From a virus: a stretch of DNA of 64,000 nucleotides. Below are positions 50,599-58,649 of this stretch, piece by piece; position 1 is the first letter of the stretch; each line of letters opens with the position of its first letter. The notes beneath the pieces are model-generated. The model searched no databases. It worked only from the letters and a program-made list of their open reading frames with translations, and had not been told where the DNA came from. A program made the position numbers and the translations under genes. Location: positions 5,052-69,051 of IMG/VR virus record IMGVR_UViG_3300030116_007754; one strand, written 5' to 3'.

Positions 50599-52178
50599 GT
50601 TTAGGAGAGTTACAAGTTCAAACATCAGGTCCACCAGTTGGATTAAACACGTTAAGTGGTGAAGATAAAGGATCCATTTTAATGCAAGCATTAACTGATG
50701 CTTTTATGAACGCTATCTCTCCATTACAAAATTCTTTACAACAAATGGTTGGTTTACTTCAAGGAATACTTGATGTAAATGTTGAACATCTTAATGTTAT
50801 CAAAGGTCAGATAGAAGGAAATGAAGCACGAGCAGCTGAAGCTGCTGCAGAAGGAGCTAGATCAGCTAGTACTAGTGCTACTGGTTTACCTGAAGAAGAA
50901 GGGTTTGATTTTGCTGGAGCAGTTAAAAGTAGTGGTTTTTTGAAATTGATTGGTGTTGGTTTATTAGCAGCAGCAACTGCATTTCAAGATCAAATACAAG
51001 GATTAATTAGATCTGTTAAACTACCAGCTATCTTCAGAGGATTATCTAAAACTATAAAATTTTTTACATTAGGTTTTGTAAACATAGGTAAGACTTTAAA
51101 AGATATTACAACAGCTGGTTTTATGAGTAAAGCATCACCAATACAAAAGTTTTTTCAAAGTATAAGAAACTTCTTTGGTAAGTTTGCTAATCTTATTAAA
51201 CCAATAGTTCCAGCTCTTAAATTTATTGCATTGCCTATTACTGTATTATTTGGAATAATAGATGCTATCAAAGGTTTTGCTGAAGGTTATAAAGATGGTG
51301 GTATTATAGATGGTGTACTAACTGCACTAGGAAATGTACTTGGAGGTCTAATTGGAGCACCATTAGACTTGTTAAAAAATATAGCTGCTTTTGTAATGGA
51401 AAAACTTGGTTTTGAAGGTATAGCTGAAACATTGAGAGACTTTAGTTTTAAAGACTTAATTAAAAATGCGTTTGGAGGCATTGTACAATTTTTCGAGAAT
51501 CTACCTAATATAATAAATTCAGCTTTGAGAGCTTTACCAGGAGGAGACTTTATAGCAGATAAATTAGGACTAGGTACTGAAGAGCAAAAGAGAGAAGCTA
51601 TTACTGGTGAAGAAGGTCAAGCAGATATTAGGGAAGAAGCAATCAAACAAATGACAAAAGAAGGTACAGTTGAAAAAGAAGGATTTTTAAACAGAAAAGA
51701 ATATGAAGATTTGACACCAAATGAAAAAAGAAATGTCGATCTTAGAGTTGAAGAATTAACTAGAAAAAAATTAGAAGCAGCAGGATTAACAGAAACTGAA
51801 AAAGCAGTAGTTCCAACTGATAGAAGTATTCCAGGTGAAACAACTACAGAACAAGTAAAAGAACTTATTAAACAAGGTGTAGTACCTCCTAGTGGAGAAC
51901 TAGCTGTTGAAAAAGAAATAGTTGATGGTAAAGTTGCAACTGTATCTGCTAAAGGTGATGTTGTAATTCCAGAAAAAAAATTAGGTGATTTATTAAATCA
52001 AGAAGGAGCTCAAAGCGTAGCTCCAGTTGTTGCTCCAACAATAAACAAAGGTGGTGATAATAACAGCACTACTAATATTACTAATGTAAATGGAGGATCC
52101 GGTGGTGGAGGAGATTTCTCCATGCACAACCAAGATCCTTCATCATTCAGACTACAATCTGCTCAAGCCGAGCTTTAA
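50595..52178 (+). CDS. Hypothetical helical protein (possible tape-measure/hub gp29-like)
   Basis: Amphipathic Gly/Ala/Phe-rich helices, position after gp26/gp51, low-complexity NNSTTNITN tail. Confidence 0.45.
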   Translation: MSLGELQVQTSGPPVGLNTLSGEDKGSILMQALTDAFMNAISPLQNSLQQMVGLLQGILDVNVEHLNVIKGQIEGNEARAAEAAAEGARSASTSATGLPEEEGFDFAGAVKSSGFLKLIGVGLLAAATAFQDQIQGLIRSVKLPAIFRGLSKTIKFFTLGFVNIGKTLKDITTAGFMSKASPIQKFFQSIRNFFGKFANLIKPIVPALKFIALPITVLFGIIDAIKGFAEGYKDGGIIDGVLTALGNVLGGLIGAPLDLLKNIAAFVMEKLGFEGIAETLRDFSFKDLIKNAFGGIVQFFENLPNIINSALRALPGGDFIADKLGLGTEEQKREAITGEEGQADIREEAIKQMTKEGTVEKEGFLNRKEYEDLTPNEKRNVDLRVEELTRKKLEAAGLTETEKAVVPTDRSIPGETTTEQVKELIKQGVVPPSGELAVEKEIVDGKVATVSAKGDVVIPEKKLGDLLNQEGAQSVAPVVAPTINKGGDNNSTTNITNVNGGSGGGGDFSMHNQDPSSFRLQSAQAEL

Positions 52179-53065
52179 TCTTCGTCTGCTAACTTCTGAA
52201 AGAAGTCTAAGTTATCATCTTCATCTGCTTTAGGTGGAGGAGATGATTTTCCTGCACTTGGTGCTGGTGCTGTATCTAATTGAGTAGTTTCAGCTGTTGA
52301 AGAAGGCTGACTGCCCCCGGATAAAGCTAACACTTTATCTAGTTTTTCTTTAAGTTCATCATACGTTTTAAACTTAGATGGATCAGAAAATTCTTGCAAC
52401 TTATACTCACTATTCCAGATACCTTCTAACTTACTGTCATCAGTAAGCAATGGTCCTGCTTCACCAAAGACACTCTTGTCATAGTTTCTATAACCATCAA
52501 CATTACGTATCTTTAGAATAAAACTAGCACCTTCCCATAAATCAAATGGATTCAAAGGCTTCTCATCTTCAAACTCAGGATTCATAGCTTCATTAAGTTT
52601 ATCAAATATCTTTTTACCATATCTGAATAATTTTACTTGACCTTCATTTTCAGGATGAGCTTTGTCTTGTATAATATAAACATTACTAATGTATAGTAAT
52701 CTTCTTTTCTGTTTACGAGCTTGTTCTTTACCAGCATCATCACCTCTGTTCCATAACATACTATTATATTCTGAAACTGGATCCTTTTTATTTAATGTTG
52801 TTAAAGAGTTCTCAATATACCAACCACCTGGACCTTGAAAGCCATGGTTGAATATTCTAACCCAAGGAATATCTTCTCCTTTTGGAGCAGGCAAGAATCT
52901 AATGATAGCTTGACCAGCACCTGATTTATCTACTTCAGGTTGCCAGAACCTAGCATCAGCTCCACCTTTATTATTCTCGTTACTTGTTAGTTTATTTGTC
53001 TCTTTGAGTAAAGCATCAAGACTCGTTGTTGTTGAGCGTTTAAGCTCAGCGAATGATTGCGACAT
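52175..53065 (-). CDS. gp32: Single-stranded DNA-binding protein (T4 gp32)
   Basis: DARFWQPEVDKSG..AIIRFLPAP..HGFQGPGGWYIENSLTT..HPENEGQV.L..YGKKIFDK; acidic tail DFFQKLADED. Confidence 0.96.
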   Translation of the reverse strand: MSQSFAELKRSTTTSLDALLKETNKLTSNENNKGGADARFWQPEVDKSGAGQAIIRFLPAPKGEDIPWVRIFNHGFQGPGGWYIENSLTTLNKKDPVSEYNSMLWNRGDDAGKEQARKQKRRLLYISNVYIIQDKAHPENEGQVKLFRYGKKIFDKLNEAMNPEFEDEKPLNPFDLWEGASFILKIRNVDGYRNYDKSVFGEAGPLLTDDSKLEGIWNSEYKLQEFSDPSKFKTYDELKEKLDKVLALSGGSQPSSTAETTQLDTAPAPSAGKSSPPPKADEDDNLDFFQKLADED

Positions 53066-53125
53066 TGTATCTCCTTGTATTGCAATGTATTATTATTGTC
53101 CACAAAATGCATAATATAAAAACTT

Positions 53126-53154
53126 AGTATATCTTATTTAGCTGTTTCAGTCAA
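53126..53154 (-). promoter_or_regulatory. sigma70-type promoter TTGACT-N17-TATACT for gp32, with late-like CTAAATA in the spacer
   Basis: -35 at 53149-53154, -10 at 53126-53131. Confidence 0.65.
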
Positions 53155-53271
53155 CAGTCTTTTATTTTCGTTTACAGTAGTTTGGAGCTCGTTAATAATC
53201 CTTTTTTGTTTCTTAACTAAAGCTCTCAACTCCTGCAACTCGCCCACATAGGCTTCCACTTCATTATTCAT
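53134..53271 (-). CDS. Small coiled-coil hypothetical protein
   Basis: Not in ORF track. 45 aa MNNEVEAYVGELQELRALVKKQKRIINELQTTVNENKRLLTETAK; fills the pstS-gp32 gap. Confidence 0.5.
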   Translation of the reverse strand: MNNEVEAYVGELQELRALVKKQKRIINELQTTVNENKRLLTETAK

Positions 53272-53274
53272 TGA

Positions 53275-54321
53275 TTATTTTTCCTTCTTTAACCAATTTG
53301 GATCAAACTTAGTAAGTTCTTTTCCATGTTTGAAGTATTTAGCCTGTTCAGCTGATGGTAATGGAATTAATCCTTTTGAGACCAAATAACCATCTTCACC
53401 AGTAGCTCTATTTGATGTGAATTCCAGTACATACTCTTTTATTCCTGGTATCACAGCAGCGTGGACATTCTTTACATAAAACCATAATGATCTTGAAACT
53501 GGATATGTACCATTACTAATTAATTCAAATTCTGGTAACACACCATTAACAGTTGATGCTTTTACTTTATCTCTATTTTCATCTAAAAATGAATAACCAA
53601 ATATACCTAATGAGTTAGGATTTGTTATCAATTTTTCGATTATTAAATTATCATTCTCACCAGCTTCTATATAAGGACCATCTGTTCTTATTGAACGACA
53701 TTCTGCTTTATATAATTTCTTATTATTTTCTTTAAGTTTTTTTCTACCTGGATAACTTTTACAACCTTTTTCTATAGCAAGTTCATTAAGTGCATCTCTA
53801 GTACCTGATGTTGGTGGAGGACCATAAACAAGAATAGGTAAATCTGGGTATGTAGGATTTATTTCATTCCATTTTTTATATGGATTTGGTTTTACAGTTT
53901 TACCAGTTGGATCCGCTGGTACATCTTTTGCAAGTGCAAGATATAAATCTCTTGTTGATAAATGAAAGTCAACACCTTTTTTAGAATTTGCAACAACTAT
54001 ACCATCATAACCTATTTTTACTTCTGTAATATCTTCTATACCATTTTTTTTACAATTGTTTACTTCAGTTTGTTTTATTCTTCTTGAAGCATTTGTAATA
54101 TCAGGATGTTCTGTACCAACACCTGCACAAAACAATTTCAATCCACCACCTGAACCAGTTGATTCTATTACTGGTGTCTTATAACCACTTGTTTTACCAA
54201 ATCGTTCTGCTACTACTGTTGCAAATGGATATACAGTTGAACTACCAACTACTTTAATTTGATCTCTTGCAAATACTGAACCTGCAAAAAGTATTGTAAA
54301 TAAAAAACATATTTTCTTCAT
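53275..54321 (-). CDS. pstS: Phosphate ABC transporter substrate-binding protein (AMG)
   Basis: Signal peptide, RDQIKVVGSSTVYPF..ESTGSGGG.KLFC.G..NASRRIK..GPPPTSGTRD..YPVSR.LWFYVK. Confidence 0.93.
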   Translation of the reverse strand: MKKICFLFTILFAGSVFARDQIKVVGSSTVYPFATVVAERFGKTSGYKTPVIESTGSGGGLKLFCAGVGTEHPDITNASRRIKQTEVNNCKKNGIEDITEVKIGYDGIVVANSKKGVDFHLSTRDLYLALAKDVPADPTGKTVKPNPYKKWNEINPTYPDLPILVYGPPPTSGTRDALNELAIEKGCKSYPGRKKLKENNKKLYKAECRSIRTDGPYIEAGENDNLIIEKLITNPNSLGIFGYSFLDENRDKVKASTVNGVLPEFELISNGTYPVSRSLWFYVKNVHAAVIPGIKEYVLEFTSNRATGEDGYLVSKGLIPLPSAEQAKYFKHGKELTKFDPNWLKKEK

Positions 54322-54396
54322 TCAATTCTCCTTAAAATTTTTATTTATTTTACAAAAATTAAAGTTCATAAAAACTTCATAATTATCTGTACATCT

Positions 54397-54930
54397 TTAT
54401 TTTTCTTTATAATCTTCACCTTTAAGATAACTTAAAATGTTCTGAGGTGATGTAACTCCATATGGATCACCAGGACAGTTATCTTCTCTTCCAGGTTCTT
54501 CAAATATCTTTTCAACACTACCAGCTGAAATAACAGCTGCATATCTCCAAGATCTTTTACCAAAACCTAGATTGGACTTTTCAACTAACATTCCCATACC
54601 AGAAGTAAATTCACAATTACCATCAGGTAAAACTTTTACATTTTGAATATTATGATGTTTAGCCCAAGCATTCATAACAAAAGAATCATTTACTGAAATA
54701 CAATAAATGTTATCAATACCTTCATTCTTAAACTGATCATACAATCTGTTAAAATCAGGTAATTGATATGTTGAACAAGTTGGAGTAAATGCTCCAGGTA
54801 AAGAAAACAATATATGTTTTCCCTTACCAAAATAATAATCAGTAGATCGTTCAACCCATTTAAAAGGATTATCGCCCTCTATGTTATCGTCTCTCTCTCT
54901 GACTTTAAATATTACGTGTGGTAAAATCAT
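54397..54930 (-). CDS. Peroxiredoxin, Prx5/redoxin type (AMG)
   Basis: FSLPGAFTPTCS..CISVNDSFVMNAW..LPDGN..GFGKRSWRYA. Confidence 0.92.
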   Translation of the reverse strand: MILPHVIFKVRERDDNIEGDNPFKWVERSTDYYFGKGKHILFSLPGAFTPTCSTYQLPDFNRLYDQFKNEGIDNIYCISVNDSFVMNAWAKHHNIQNVKVLPDGNCEFTSGMGMLVEKSNLGFGKRSWRYAAVISAGSVEKIFEEPGREDNCPGDPYGVTSPQNILSYLKGEDYKEK

Positions 54931-55532
54931 AAGAATACCTTTCTTAATATTTCCTTTCCTTTTTTGGGATCAAAGTTTACAAAAGGACGATATTTTTCCA
55001 TCCTTTTTTTAAATTCAATCCAAACTGGATCTGTTAAAACTTTGTTCCATTTCTTTGTATAATTTAGTACGCTATCTACAATAACCATAGTTTCAACATA
55101 GATATCATTTCTTAAAACACACTGTAAGAGAATCGGATGTCCGTTCTCCATAACAAATAGACTTTGAAAATTAAGTTTTCTTTCATCATAATAATCTTTT
55201 AAAAATAAAAGATCTTGCTCAAAGATATAACTTAGACTCTCTTGTCTTTTTTTCCAATTATTATACACCTCTTCTGCTTTCAAAGTCAACACATTTCCTA
55301 CCCAGAAATCTTCACCATCAGCAAAGTTTGATACAAATAATTCTCTTATTTGATCAGGTGTATATTTTCTTTCAAGTTTATTAAAGAAAAACTTATCTCT
55401 TCTCTTTAAAAAACTATCAGTTTTTGCATTCACTTTACCATTATATTTAAAATAATCATACGAAGTTGTAAAGTGATTCTTTACAGCAAGATATGTCTTA
55501 TAAGCATTGAATCCTTCGTATATATTATTCAT
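54927..55532 (-). CDS. gp59: Helicase loader (T4 gp59)
   Basis: AYKTYLAVKNHFT..YDYFKYNGK..FLKRRDKFFF..HPILL..KY.PF. Confidence 0.9.
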   Translation of the reverse strand: MNNIYEGFNAYKTYLAVKNHFTTSYDYFKYNGKVNAKTDSFLKRRDKFFFNKLERKYTPDQIRELFVSNFADGEDFWVGNVLTLKAEEVYNNWKKRQESLSYIFEQDLLFLKDYYDERKLNFQSLFVMENGHPILLQCVLRNDIYVETMVIVDSVLNYTKKWNKVLTDPVWIEFKKRMEKYRPFVNFDPKKGKEILRKVFL

Positions 55533-55734
55533 TGGCTTTTATTAACTTTAACTCTCTTGCTTCTTCTTTCAATCTTGTTTTTATTTTTTGATTAACTAAT
55601 TTAGCTGCTGATTCAATCTCTAAATTATTCTTTTGACAATAATCAGTTATAGCATCTAAATAAGAAATCTCTTTTGTTTCTACTACTTCAATAATTATCT
55701 TACTAAACTTAGCAGTTGTTAATATATTAATCAT
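55525..55734 (-). CDS. gp33: Late transcription coactivator (T4 gp33)
   Basis: FS..I..V..ISYLDAITDYC..N.LEIE..KL...IK..LKEEA..L. Confidence 0.85.
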   Translation of the reverse strand: MINILTTAKFSKIIIEVVETKEISYLDAITDYCQKNNLEIESAAKLVNQKIKTRLKEEARELKLIKANE

Positions 55735-56078
55735 TTGTTCATTTTCCCAACACTCTTTCTTTGAATATCTTCAGACAAAAGCTCGGGCCAATAAATCTCA
55801 AAAGCGATAGTATCTTTATTAGCTTTAAATAAATGATACTCTCCAGGTTTAACTGACATAAAATCTCCTGGTCCTAAAACCGTCTTGTCAATTAAATCAT
55901 AGTCGTTCTTTATTACATGGATTTCAAGTTCTCCTTCTTCTACAAAAAATCCATTCCACTTATGTGAATGTTTATGTGTACTACATTCACCACCTTTATT
56001 AACTTCTATTCGGTGAAACTCTACTACAGGATTTTGTAGTAGAGATTCCGTTACTCCCCATACTTTACCAGCTTTCAA
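55731..56078 (-). CDS. Cupin-domain protein
   Basis: Likely TTG start (MKAGKVWG, RBS AAGGA) at 56078 rather than 56183; CSTHKHSHKWNGFFVEEG..PGEYHLF..AFEIYW. Confidence 0.8.
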   Translation of the reverse strand: MKAGKVWGVTESLLQNPVVEFHRIEVNKGGECSTHKHSHKWNGFFVEEGELEIHVIKNDYDLIDKTVLGPGDFMSVKPGEYHLFKANKDTIAFEIYWPELLSEDIQRKSVGKMNK

Positions 56079-56079
56079 T

Positions 56080-56748
56080 TTAGTTCCTTTCTGTATAAAA
56101 AATATGGTCTTCATGTTTAACTGTATACAACTTTTCTTTAGCCCAATAAGGTCTAACATAAGTTGCATGATACCATAAAGCACCTTTTGTTACATCAACC
56201 ATATCATACCCCGATAAAACTTGATGGGCAACAGCTAATGCTAATTCGTAAGCATCTTGGTCTCTAATGATATCAGCTTTACCATCACAGTACCAACTAA
56301 ACTGACATCTATCTTTTAGCGGTACTTCTTTGTTTAATTTTTCCTTGTACCATTTACTTAATTGTGCCTCATACACAACACCACAAACAGTGTTAGGAAA
56401 GTCTTCATGTTGTACTCTATTCATTACAACTTGACTTACAGCTATTTGAGAAAGTATAGATTGATTTCTAGCTTCAAAGTAAGCATTCTTTGCTAAACAA
56501 ACAACACTTTCAATATCTTTCTCAGCAGTTTTGTCTCCAGAATAATATTCATTCATTATTCTAAGACGAGTTTCAAGGCCCATTCCAGGTTTGTGAACCT
56601 CTTCCCAGTCTGTCAACAGCCTAGGTGGACCTTCGTCTAATTTCTCTTTTACCTCTTCAGGTGTATCCAATGTAGCAATTGAAAAGATTATATAACAAAA
56701 TCCTACAATCAAAAACCACGTTGGGATTCTAAAGTTTGGTAATCTCAT
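56080..56748 (-). CDS. Cell-wall hydrolase, SleB/Hydrolase_2 family
   Basis: CLAKNAYFEARNQ..AVSQVVMNRV..FPNTVCGVV..CQFSWYCDG..GALWYHATYV.P.W..HIFY; N-terminal TM anchor. Confidence 0.92.
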   Translation of the reverse strand: MRLPNFRIPTWFLIVGFCYIIFSIATLDTPEEVKEKLDEGPPRLLTDWEEVHKPGMGLETRLRIMNEYYSGDKTAEKDIESVVCLAKNAYFEARNQSILSQIAVSQVVMNRVQHEDFPNTVCGVVYEAQLSKWYKEKLNKEVPLKDRCQFSWYCDGKADIIRDQDAYELALAVAHQVLSGYDMVDVTKGALWYHATYVRPYWAKEKLYTVKHEDHIFYTERN

Positions 56749-56778
56749 AAAACCTCCTTTATTAGACGTTAAATATAA

Positions 56779-56807
56779 ATTATAATGGAATGTTTAAAAT
56801 AAGTCAA
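56779..56807 (-). promoter_or_regulatory. Consensus sigma70 promoter TTGACT-N17-TATAAT
   Basis: -35 at 56802-56807, -10 at 56779-56784; upstream of the SleB gene (RBS AAGGAGG). Confidence 0.75.
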
Positions 56808-56848
56808 CTAACTTTTAAATTTGAAAAACGCACGAATATTTATGATAT

Positions 56849-57241
56849 CTACTCTTTGCAACTACACTTTACTTCATAATCTTTGATCGCAGCTTTGATA
56901 GCGTCTTCTGCAAGAACAGAACAATGGATTTTAACTGGTGGTAACGCCAAAGTTGTTGCAATGTCAGTATTCCTAATTTTCGTTGCTTCATCTGTATTTT
57001 TTCCTTTTACCATTTCAGTTATAAGTGAACTAGATGCGATAGCTGAACCACATCCAAATGTTTTAAATTTAGCATCAGTAATAGTTTTAGTTTCTGGATC
57101 CACTTTTATCTGTAGTTTCATAACATCACCACAAGCTGGTGCACCTACTAATCCTGTTCCAACATTTGGATCCTCTTTATCCATAGACCCAACGTTTCTT
57201 GGATTCTCATAATGATCTATTAATTGTTTACTATATGCCAT
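56849..57241 (-). CDS. iscU: Fe-S cluster scaffold protein IscU (AMG)
   Basis: MAYS..IDHYENPRNVG..GAPACGDVMKLQI..FKTFGCGSAIASSS..LPPVKIHCSVLAEDAIKAA. Confidence 0.96.
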   Translation of the reverse strand: MAYSKQLIDHYENPRNVGSMDKEDPNVGTGLVGAPACGDVMKLQIKVDPETKTITDAKFKTFGCGSAIASSSLITEMVKGKNTDEATKIRNTDIATTLALPPVKIHCSVLAEDAIKAAIKDYEVKCSCKE

Positions 57242-57246
57242 ACTAA

Positions 57247-57254
57247 TATTTATA
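57247..57254 (-). promoter_or_regulatory. Late promoter TATAAATA directly before iscU
   Basis: TATAAATA-ttagt-ATG. Confidence 0.65.
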
Positions 57255-58188
57255 TAACTTTGAGCTCTTCAGTTATTCTCTTTATATAATGATCTCTAAC
57301 CATATCACCTTCGTGAACAAATAACATACAAGAGCAATATGCACAGTTTCTTCCTTGTAAAAGATACTCTAATATAATATGTTTATAATCCTTTATTTTA
57401 TTATTATGTTTAATCAATGGAATAGTATCAATATTATTCCTATCTAATAATTCAACTGAATTATATATAAAGTCTGTTGTATCTTCATGTTTCAAATTAT
57501 TTAACTTTAAAAAATTAGCATATTTTATTTTATCTCTATTATATAAACTAAACAATAAAGAATATACTGTACCAAATTGATGTTTCAATTCATCAGACTC
57601 AAATAGATCAGCTGTATCACTTATCAATCCATCAGGAGTAACATCACTAATAGCTGCCTTATCCCACAAGAAGTTCCATTCACTATCTAACATATATTCT
57701 AATAATTCTGTTAACTTTTTTGGATCACCGTTGTCTTCAATGTATTCTTTTCGATTACATTTGTAATCCATTTTAAAATAATACTGTTTGTTGAAAGGAT
57801 CATAATTAATTACATCTATTATATCAACTGAAGATCTTTTAAATATTCTAGAATTATCAACTATAGTTTTTTCTTTAACACTACATCCACCAATATAGTC
57901 AGGAAAAAAAGGTTGATATCTTGACTGAAAAATTCCTGTTTTATTCTTCCATACTTTTTTAGTTACTTGGTAACCCATATAAAAGATATCTGTCTTTATA
58001 ATATCTTCATAGTCGTTATCATTTTCAACATCTAATATATGATGAAATTTATAAGGTATGCCTGTACCTTTATAATAATGTTTGGATCCTTTCCATACAC
58101 GACCTCTAACATAAGTCAGATCATCATCTATAACTATTTGATTTGTTTTGTTACCTTGTTGATTATAGATTGGTACGATAGTAGTCAT
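57250..58188 (-). CDS. Hypothetical protein (312 aa, C-terminal CAYCSC)
   Basis: Long ORF between pqqA and iscU with its own promoter; family not recognised. Confidence 0.6.
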   Translation of the reverse strand: MTTIVPIYNQQGNKTNQIVIDDDLTYVRGRVWKGSKHYYKGTGIPYKFHHILDVENDNDYEDIIKTDIFYMGYQVTKKVWKNKTGIFQSRYQPFFPDYIGGCSVKEKTIVDNSRIFKRSSVDIIDVINYDPFNKQYYFKMDYKCNRKEYIEDNGDPKKLTELLEYMLDSEWNFLWDKAAISDVTPDGLISDTADLFESDELKHQFGTVYSLLFSLYNRDKIKYANFLKLNNLKHEDTTDFIYNSVELLDRNNIDTIPLIKHNNKIKDYKHIILEYLLQGRNCAYCSCMLFVHEGDMVRDHYIKRITEELKVI

Positions 58189-58193
58189 AATAC

Positions 58194-58222
58194 ATTGTAC
58201 CTTAGTTGAGAAAAAAAGTCAA
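58194..58222 (-). promoter_or_regulatory. sigma70 promoter TTGACT-N17-TACAAT (leaderless mRNA for 57250-58188)
   Basis: -35 at 58217-58222, -10 at 58194-58199, ATG after a 5-nt gap. Confidence 0.65.
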
Positions 58223-58253
58223 TGGGCTAGTTTCTATGAAAGACTTAGCCCAT
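58211..58253 (-). terminator. Intrinsic terminator downstream of pqqA
   Basis: Minus strand ATGGGCTAAG..loop..CTAGCCCAT followed by TGAC-TTTTTTT. Confidence 0.65.
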
Positions 58254-58264
58254 GACAAAAGAAA

Positions 58265-58342
58265 TTACTTCTCTGCGCAAGCGTAAGAGTTAATTTCAAG
58301 ACCTACAGAGATTTCTGTAATTTGAGGTTTTGTCCAAGACAT
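58265..58342 (-). CDS. pqqA: Pyrroloquinoline quinone precursor peptide PqqA
   Basis: Not in ORF track. MSWTKPQITEISVGLEINSYACAEK (25 aa): W-x-x-P leader, G-x-E-I-N-x-Y core with the E-xxx-Y pair that forms PQQ; strong RBS AAGGAG 5 nt before ATG; terminator after the stop. Confidence 0.9.
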   Translation of the reverse strand: MSWTKPQITEISVGLEINSYACAEK

Positions 58343-58373
58343 GTTTGCTCCTTATATTAATATTAATATTTGT

Positions 58374-58417
58374 TTGAGCCGGTTGCCGAACGACCGCGGT
58401 CCTCATACATTATTTAG
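58374..58417 (-). promoter_or_regulatory. Late-like promoter box CTAAATA and GC-rich 5' leader hairpin of pqqA
   Basis: CTAAATA at 58411-58417, then UGAG-GACCG-CGGU-CGUUCGGCA-ACCG-G-CUCA stem-loop in AT-rich surroundings. Confidence 0.5.
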
Positions 58418-58505
58418 AATACCATACTACATTGTATCTGAACCTACGATTAACAACTCGTTAAGAAAACTATATTTTTTGATTTTTTTTTATAATAATA
58501 ATCAA

Positions 58506-58649
58506 TTAGAAGTATTCACGAATCTTATCGAGAGGTTTTTTAAGTGGCTTATATACACTCATTATAAGTTCTACATGATTGTCTAACTTTTTTTCTATCC
58601 TATCAATTTGTTTTTGAATTTTGTCAAGTTTTTTTTCAAGATCAGACAC
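58506..58649 (-). CDS. Small coiled-coil hypothetical protein
   Basis: Not in ORF track. GTG start overlapping the iscA stop; 47 aa MSDLEKKLDKIQKQIDRIEKKLDNHVELIMSVYKPLKKPLDKIREYF. Confidence 0.55.
   Translation of the reverse strand: MSDLEKKLDKIQKQIDRIEKKLDNHVELIMSVYKPLKKPLDKIREYF

Noticed and set aside
55731-56183. Track start for the cupin at 56183
   Set aside because: It overlaps the SleB gene by about 100 bp; the TTG at 56078 with an AAGGA RBS is more plausible
58450-58464. TTAA-N7-TTAA (CtrA-box-like) inverted repeat upstream of pqqA
   Set aside because: It matches the motif, but such a pattern is expected many times by chance in DNA this AT-rich and there is no supporting evidence
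58341-58586. Plus-strand 81-aa ORF from the track
   Set aside because: No RBS, implausible composition, and antisense to the pqqA leader and the 47-aa minus-strand ORF, which have better signals
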